Assembly (NCBI RefSeq): GCF_009914755.1
Contig: NC_060938.1
Strand: one strand, 5' to 3'
Length of the DNA stretch: 64,000 nucleotides
Source of the DNA: the human T2T-CHM13v2.0 reference genome, Homo sapiens
Of this stretch, positions 55,799 to 64,000 are shown piece by piece. The position numbers and the translations under genes are program-made. The notes under the pieces are model-generated. The model had not been told where the DNA came from. It was given only the letters and a program-made list of their open reading frames with translations, and ran no database searches. Each line of letters opens with the position of its first letter. Positions within the stretch are counted from its first letter, which is position 1.

Positions 55799-56702
55799 CT
55801 TTGTGGTTTTATCTACTTTTGGTCTTTGATGATGGTGATGTACAGATGGGTTTTTGGTGTGGATGTCCTTTCTGTTTGTTAGTTTTCCTTCTAACAGACA
55901 GGACCCTCAGCTGCAGGTCTGTTGGAGTACCCAGCCGTGTGAGGTGTCAGTCTGCCCCTGCTGGGGGGTGCCTCCCAGTTAGGCTGCTTGGGGGTCAGGG
56001 GTCAGGGACCCATTTGAGGGGGCAGTCTGCCCGTTTTCAGATCTCTAGCTGCATGCTGGGAGAACCACTGCTCTCTTCCAAGCTGTCAGACAGGGTCATT
56101 TAAGTCTGCAGAGGTTACTGCTGTCTTTTTGTTTGTCTGTGCCCTGCCCCCAGAGGTGGAGCCTACAGAGGCAGGCAGGCCTCCTTGAGCTGTGGTTGGC
56201 TCCACCCAGTTGGAGCTTCCTGGCTGCTTTGTTTACCTAAGCAAGCCTGGGCAATGGCGAGTGCCCCTCCCCCAGCCTTGCTGCCACCTTGCAGTTTGAT
56301 CTCAGACTGCTGTGCTAGCAATCAGAGAGACTCCGTGGGCGTAGGACCCTCTGAGCCAGGTGTGGGATATAATCTCCTGGTGTGCCGTTTTTTAAGCCTG
56401 TCGGAAAAACACAGTATTCGGGTGGGAGTGACCCGATTTTCCAGGTGCTGTCTGTCACCCCTTTCTTTGACTAGGAAAGGGAACTCCCTGACCCCTTGCG
56501 CTTCCCGAGTGAGGCAATGCCTCGCCCTGCTTCAGCTCACGCACGGTGCGTGCACCCACTGACCTGCGCGCACTGTCTGGCACTCCCTAGTGAGATGAAC
56601 CTGGTACCTCAGATGGAAATGCAGAAATTACCCGTCTTCTGCGTTGCTCACGCTGGGAGCTGTAGACCAGAGCTGTTCCTATTCCGCCATCTTGGCTCCT
56701 CC
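55799..56702 (-). promoter_or_regulatory. L1 5'UTR internal sense promoter (YY1 site 56686-56694) and antisense promoter
   Basis: caagatggc YY1 motif at the 5' end; complete 5'UTR; many CpGs decayed, activity unknown. Confidence 0.75.
56254..56562 (+). CDS. ORF0: L1 antisense ORF0-like frame, open, 102 aa
   Basis: MASAPPPALLPPCSLISDCCASNQRDSVGVGPSEPGVGY matches primate ORF0; gcaATGg Kozak context; expression not shown. Confidence 0.55.
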   Translation: MASAPPPALLPPCSLISDCCASNQRDSVGVGPSEPGVGYNLLVCRFLSLSEKHSIRVGVTRFSRCCLSPLSLTRKGNSLTPCASRVRQCLALLQLTHGACTH

Positions 56703-57104
56703 AACTTAAACTTAACTTTAAAAATTGATATTCAATTCAGTCACTGGAAGACATAAGTATGTGTGAAACTACTCGGATATATGAATTACTTTTTCAGTTG
56801 TAAGTTTTGTGAAATGTATATACAGATAAAATATTTCTAGTAAAAACAGTGTCAGAATTGAGATGTGCTGTAAGTATAAAATACACATCAAATTTTGAAG
56901 ACTTCATATGGGAAATAGGATGTAAAATAGCACATTTACAATTTTAAATTTTGATCACATTTTGAAGTAATATTTTGAATATATTGGGTTAAGTTAAATA
57001 TATTATTAAAGTTAATTATACCTATTACTCCTTTTTTGGGGTGGCTGCTAGAAAATTTAAAATTATATATTTGCTTTGCATTATATTCCTCTTGGACTGT
57101 GTTG
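56703..57104 (-). mobile_element. Charlie1b/MER33-family hAT element, right part
   Basis: gaattgagatgtgctgtaagtataaaatacac; atatattgggttaa; gtggctgctagaaaatttaaaattata; ttggactgtgttg terminus. Confidence 0.85.
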
Positions 57105-57219
57105 GCCTAGATCGTTTATTAGCTTAGGCAACATAATGCAAATTTACATTAACTTTATTTGGTCTTCATCATATTAATAATAAAAGCAAAACAAAACAAG
57201 AAACCACCAGGTGCTAATA

Positions 57220-57640
57220 GTCACAGGCTGAGTTCCCTAGGAACAGACTCTGAGATTGAGTTTAGCATGCCACATAATTTTTAAGGAGTTCCCTGGGGAA
57301 GGAAGTAGGATTGAGCAGAGAGAAGTTGAGCTGCGATGCAGGCCCAACAATGGGCTCAGCTAACCCCACGAGGAGCTCTGACACTAACATGACCTTTCAG
57401 TTTGTCCTGAGTTGGGCCAAGATGGCAAAGCCTTTCTACCCCATCATCAACAGGTCATTGAATGCGGGTCACTCTGGGAAGAGCATGATCTTAGGCAAGA
57501 TGGTGCTCTGTGTCTGAGGCCAACCCTGAAGGCGCTGGCAGCTGAAGGCTGTCTATGGACAGCACTCTTTGCAGCTCAGGTCAGGCAGTAAGTCTTTAGT
57601 TGCAGGGTGAGCTGGGCAGCACATTACAGTGTCTACTATA
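57220..57640 (-). mobile_element. ERVL solo LTR, LTR16A-like
   Basis: cagactctgagattgagtttagcatg; ggaagtaggattgagcagagagaagttgagctgcgatgcag; ctgggcagcacattacagtgtctacta. Confidence 0.75.
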
Positions 57641-58143
57641 CTAACATTTTTTGTTAAAGATTTCCCATGAAGATATTGATTATTGTCTTTTTCAGTTTTT
57701 AATCAGATGCATTGGCTAATACCAGTTTGTAGCTGAAGCTAAGTCTATCCTCTTAGGCCATGGTGTGAATTGTGTGTTTCCCTTTCTTCCTTCATCTCTG
57801 GCTTAGCTCCTTTCATTACCTTCATGGCCCCTCTAGAAGTTTATGTTAGGTTTTTAAGGCCAGACCAGACTGACTTGAGCCCAGCCGTAATTGGAGACCA
57901 GATTCAAGGCTCTCTCTTGGTGGCAGGTGACATTAGTCAGACTTTATTCTTATCTATGAAAGTTCATAAGTAAGTGAGCTTTTGTGTTTTTCTGCTTAAC
58001 TCTCATTACTACCTGTTATCTCCTTGAAGACAAGGGATATGTAAAGGTACATATATGTGTATAGATTGTGTATGTGTTTGAGTATGTATGTATGCTTTAA
58101 GCCTTGTTCCAAGATTGGTTTATATTAGAAACTAAACAAATAC

Positions 58144-58592
<449 letters not shown>

Positions 58593-60239
58593 TTAGTGGT
58601 GAAGAAACTGAAATATTGACCCCATCCCCAAAAATTAATAAGTTAAGTGTAAGTGGTACCTGTGGTCCATTTGAAAGGGAATATCTGAATGGAATGGGAG
58701 GACAGCCACCTATTCTCAGCAGGCAGAAAGGGTACTTGTCAACAGGTAATATGGGAAAGCTAAGAAAGATTAAGACTTTATTTTTCCCTATAGTCTGCCT
58801 TTCTGTGTTCCCAATTCTTTACACTGCTGTGTAATGTTATGGAATATGATTCTCAATTAGGAAACTTGAACGAAGACAAAAAAAATGGTAAGAGACTATC
58901 TTCTAAATATATCCTTAGTTCTTCAGGCAGCAATTTAATTTCAGTTAAAAGAAAGAACAAAGGCATGTCAATGTTTTGGACTGAGGCTAGCCGAGGACTT
59001 TCACTGGCACTCTTTTTAGAGCTAGACCATTGGGGAAGTTGCAGTGTTACATAATGCTATGCTTCTCATTGCCATAGAGAAGCAGCAGCTGCTTTGAGAC
59101 TTTAGAAAATCAGCAGCGACTTGAACTCTGTGTTGCTTGTGTCCAGAAAATTCCAGGCACTTTGTCAATTTTTTTCTTCATTTTCAAATTATCCTTTTGA
59201 GGAAAATATAAAGGAGTAATCCCATTATCTCTATTTTAGAGATAATTCAGCTGAGTTTCAAGAGGTTTGTTGTCTTGCTTCAAGTTGTCCATTAGCAGAA
59301 CGAAGAACAAAATCTTGCTTTCTGTCTTTCCCAGACTGATTCTCTATTGTAGCTTCTCTTTGGCTGTTGATATAATATCAAATATTTTGTATGTATGTGA
59401 AAAATTTGAAATTTCATTTATTTCACTAGTTTACCAAATCCCTGCCTTTCACTGCTGACCAAGGTTAGAACTAATATAAAACTATTTCCTTTAGAATGCT
59501 TAGTGAATATTTTTTGCCACTAAGGCTAAAACACCACTGATAATTTTTACTCTCTCTTGTATATGTTTAAATAACAGAATAGAAAGGAATATGGGAGGTA
59601 CATGATATGGAATGAGACACATCTTGACTAAAATATTTTAGTTTAGAGCAAATTTTCTCTGATCATAGTTATTCAAAGGATCTGTTTATTTGTATGTGGC
59701 ATGATGGTGTGTGTAACCTCACAAACAAATGCAGAGCCTGGGAATAAGAAAGATGACTTATGGTTTCACCTCCAAGATTTTGACTCTGAAAAAGTCATAG
59801 AACCTCTCCCTTTCATAGTTTCTCTCCCTCTCTCTTTCATATAAATATATATATTTCACAATAATTACTTGAATAAATCCTAGGTACCTCTCCTAAAGAG
59901 TTTTGAAAAATAAACACATAGATATGAAGAAAGATGGCCCAATATAAACCAACAGTGGTCCTACTATCCCTGTCCTCTATGGGCTTGCTAAGCAATACCC
60001 CAAGGTAACTTTCAAGCTGACTTTGATGTGAATGCCCAGGTTCACGTATAGGAGTAACATAGACCACTAAGAGGGGTTTCTTGACAATCCACAGTATCTC
60101 TCTCCCCCTTACAAAAGATAGTTTTTAACATCAAGAGGACAGTTGTTGACTCTCATTTGAATTATTAAACCAAATAAGTGGCTGTTAAAGGAGCAAAGAT
60201 CTGAATAATAATCAGTTATCATTTGCAGAGATAATTCAA

Positions 60240-60440
60240 ATGATAGCTAATTATTGGGCAGGCACTCTACATAAATTATTTCTTTTCATTCCTATGAGAT
60301 GGGTACTTTATGAGGAAAGAGAGAGGTTCAGAGAAGGCATGTCAGTTTTCTAAGATCACACAGCTCATTGTTGACTGAGCCTTGACATGAAACTACAGCT
60401 ATGTTTAAAACCAGTGCTATTTCTAGTGTACTATCCTGCT
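60240..60440 (-). mobile_element. MIR SINE
   Basis: cctatgagatgggtact; gaggttcagagaagg; taagatcacacagctc. Confidence 0.65.
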
Positions 60441-62651
60441 TCCTTGTAATTATCCAACACTTTTCTTCTTTTTCTCCTTTTTAAAAATCAGGTAGTATCT
60501 GATTGACTTTGTCTTTCTTTTTTGCCAAGGGTACACTCACCAACTGCTGTCCAGAGTTAAATTTATAGTCACAAAGCAAGAGAAAAGTCTTTGTTTCCAA
60601 GCCAATGGGCTGGGTTTCCAGAGGCATAAATCCTAGGAATTAGTAATATCCCATATAAAATCACTGAAGGTTGGTGCCTATGGTTATGTCAGTGGCCTCT
60701 ATGATACTCCCTAAAGGCGTAATTTATTCCACAGTCCCTAGACACATTCGTTCATGTTCTTTGAAACAGGGCACACTTGCCTTTCCCAGAAATTTTTCAA
60801 CCAAACAGGACTAGGACATAGATCAAGGTCTGTCAGCCTATGCTCAAAGTGTCCTCTGCAGACTTTGTTGCCACTAAACTAGAAATAATCCATAGTTTCT
60901 CCTGTTTCCTTTTCCGTTAATGACCAACTTTATATACACTCAAAATGAATAAGTGATACGGTTTGTTCTTCTCCTCTACTTCTCTGTTTCCCAAAGTAAT
61001 TTGCAAGTTAGAAGAGGAAATCCATTAGGAGAAGCTGAATGGATTAAAAGATAATAGGATTTGGAGAACAGGACCCAGTGAATCACAAATTCATTACATT
61101 CACAGCTGACAATTGCTAAGTCCCGGCCTGCTCCTCTCACAATGGGGCCAAGGTCTGTGCAGCATGCTGGTGTGCCTGGTGAAAGGAGAAAATGAGCTTC
61201 ATAAATACAAACGTTAGAGTCAATCTTATGTTCCCCAGGGACTGCCAGTACTTTACTTGGCAAGAATAGAAAAGGAATTCTTAAGGATATAAAGGCAAAA
61301 ACGAACACTGTAAAACACAAACCACAACAATGGAAAACTATAGAGCCTTGCTTCCAAAGCTTAGTCATCCATACTTTTCTGAAATGCCAGGAATTGGGAT
61401 ATGGAAAAGAGCTCAGAAAACTACAGGAGGCATCCATGGAACAACCACAGAATTCTCATTCTGGAAAGCTTTGGCAGGGCTATGTTCTCATCATTTCACT
61501 TTAATCACCTTTTACCCCTTGGGGCCATTTGAGGACCATGAAATTCTAAGAATGGGTAGAAAATACTCCCCCAACCAAATAAGAAATAAGATTCTTTTGT
61601 TTCTATATGTCCTGGATTCTGCATGCTGCCTGCTCGGAGAGGAGAGCCTTACACTGGAGTTTGCAGGCATTTGCTGCTGTCTCAATAGGTAGATCTTCAA
61701 TTAGGTCCCAGCTTCATGCCATCTGTTATTTCTAAAGTATTTTGGCCTTCAGCTGGAGGAAGGTGACAGGAGAGTGTTCTGTTCCTGCAGAAAATTTGCT
61801 TGTCATCAGAGTAACTGTGTACTGTTGAAACAGCTACTGCCTACATTTCACTGCCTCTTGAAAGCTAGCATTTTGGTGTGAATCAATTATGAAAAGTGAT
61901 GCACACTGCCCCAACACGCACACATACACATACACCCCGCCTAAAAACCTGAGACATAACACAATGTCTAGAATTGTGGGCAATCATGCAGAGCCCTTCA
62001 AACAATATTAAAATCCAGCCACTTGTAAAGAGTGAGTAATAAAATAAGTTTAGGGTTATATAAATTGAGTCTAATAAAATAATTCAGATTCCTATGGTAC
62101 ATTACAGTTTTATAGTAGTGCCTTTATTTTCTCTTGTTCTTCTACAAATGCCTTTTTGAATATTTATTCATTACCCATTTCCTGGATAAAGATAGTAAGG
62201 CTTAGACCTTTTACCAGGATATCATAGCTTAAAAAATGACAGAGCTATTTAATTCATATTTAAAATCATATTTTTTCTTTTGCATTTTTCTACTTCCTGG
62301 CATATGTTTTTTTCTCTGATATTAGGGTATAGGACAGGACGAGGAATAATTAAAGTCCCTCCAAAGATTAGGTCAGAAAGGGACCATAAAAGCTTTTCCT
62401 TTAGGAAGCTGGCTTTGGCGTTTCATTGTCATTGGAGAAGGCCCATCTGTACCTATGGCACGTGTTATGCTAGGAAAATACCTCCTGAATCCTTTTGTAG
62501 AAAGCAATAAGATAGCATTTCTCAGAAAGAAAATGCTTTGCTAAGCAAATACTTTGAAAAAAACAATAAATGATTTTTTAAATGGCATTACAATGTTCTT
62601 TGAATAGGACATGGGAACAGGAATCAAACTTGGATATATTGTATTTTCATC

Positions 62652-62936
62652 TTATTTTATTTCATTTTTATTAGTGACAGGGTTTTGCTCTGTCACCCAG
62701 GCTGAAGTATAGTAGCATGGTAATAGCTCACTGCAGCCTTGACCTTCCAGGCTCATGATCCTAACGCCTCATCCTCCTGAGTAGCTGGGACCACAGGCAT
62801 GTGCCACCATGCCTGGCTAATGCCTTTTAAGTTTGGTATGGACAAGGTCTCACTGTATTGCCCAGACTGCTTTCTAACTCTTGGGCACAAGTGATCCCTC
62901 CACCTTGGCTTCCCAAAGTGCTAGGATGAGAGGTGT
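62652..62936 (-). mobile_element. AluJ, slightly 5'-truncated
   Basis: atagctcactgcagccttgacc; gtagctgggaccacagg; ends at aggtgt without the terminal gagccac...ggcc. Confidence 0.93.
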
Positions 62937-64000
62937 TATTGCATATTTTTACAAGTATCAGACATGTATGTTCTGAAAGGCACTAGAATCATTGAAAATA
63001 AGTCACTGTGAAGTGCAATGATTCTTGAAGATAGGGGATAGCAGAAGTGTGAAACTTTGTAGGCTAATCATTATGGCCAATGCCTAATTAGGATTTATAG
63101 TACCAAGGCCTGACCAAAGTCATAAATTATCAGACAAAATTATTGGACAGAAAGTGAATGACTGCATATCTTGTTAAAATCACTAGGGAACTTAGGCAGA
63201 AGGTAATGACTGAAATGAGAACTTGCCTGAAACATCAGGCTAAAAATAGTTCTTGATATATGAAGATGATCTGAAAAATGAGCCAAAATTTGTGTTGCAA
63301 AACAGCAATTCAAGAATTCAAGCTTAAAACATTGCCTATTTTTTTCTTCAGAAAACAGGATACAAAAGTCAGTGTGAATGAGCAAAGCCATTGAGTTGCT
63401 CCCAAAGCAGAAGAAATTAGACAAAGCTATTATGGAGGAGATGGGGATGGATTTCCACAAGAGAGGGCAACCTCTATGTGAGGGGTAATTTAATGAAAAA
63501 TTTGCAGGTGATGCACCTGTCTTTTCAAAGTTCTTTTCATCCCTGCAATTTCATACTTTTTCACCTTAAAGGCCAATGGCTTTGTCAGTGCTGCCTGAAT
63601 TGTGCCTTTGAATGAGTAATGACAGATTTGAAATAAGAACATTGGAGCATTTTAAGTGTCCAGTAATATTTGCTCCTGGATCTACTTTGAATGGTGGATG
63701 TGTGATGACTGGTCTCCATGAATGGGATCATCTAATGCCTTTTAAAAATTAAAGACATAGTGTCATTTGGACTTTTTATGATGCAGTACTATCTTGTCAC
63801 AGAAGACTTCAGGATTTCTCTTGGTTAGCAAGTCAACAGAGACCTGTGCATCTAGGCCTGCATATATGCATGCATATTGTTACTTGATGTATTCGGTTAT
63901 AAGAAAAGGAAGTCAGTCCTAGTTAATAACACCATCCATATGAGATTTATGGGTTTCACTTATAAATATTAAATTAATAAATAAAATATTATCCTATCAT

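Noticed and set aside
63455-63472. CTCF-like ccacaagagagggca
   Set aside because: Spacing is 2 nt off the CCASYAGRKGGC core

Overview
AT-rich, CpG-poor primate DNA, most likely human or another ape (Alu J/S/Y plus an L1PA3-like LINE). I found no convincing host protein-coding exon, RNA gene or CpG island, so it is intergenic or deep intronic. It holds 10 Alus, several MaLR/ERVL solo LTRs, hAT DNA-transposon relics (MER81, two MER20, MER5A, Charlie1), many L2/MIR fragments, microsatellites, and one full-length but inactivated ~6.0 kb L1 on the minus strand (50661-56702). I see no new biological system in the gene sense. The best unexplained structure is a ~231-bp unique segment (36411-36641) copied in inverted orientation into an AluJ (38958-39191), where it replaces ~70 nt of the Alu. 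The copies are ~96% identical, with all differences in the central ~100 bp. They sit inside four nested inverted-repeat pairs spanning 35.3-39.8 kb, which makes this a candidate template-switch scar and inversion/gene-conversion substrate. The L1 also carries an apparent 15-nt 3' transduction and an open antisense ORF0. Repeat subfamily names come from recalled consensus sequences, not a database search, and boundaries of old repeats are approximate.
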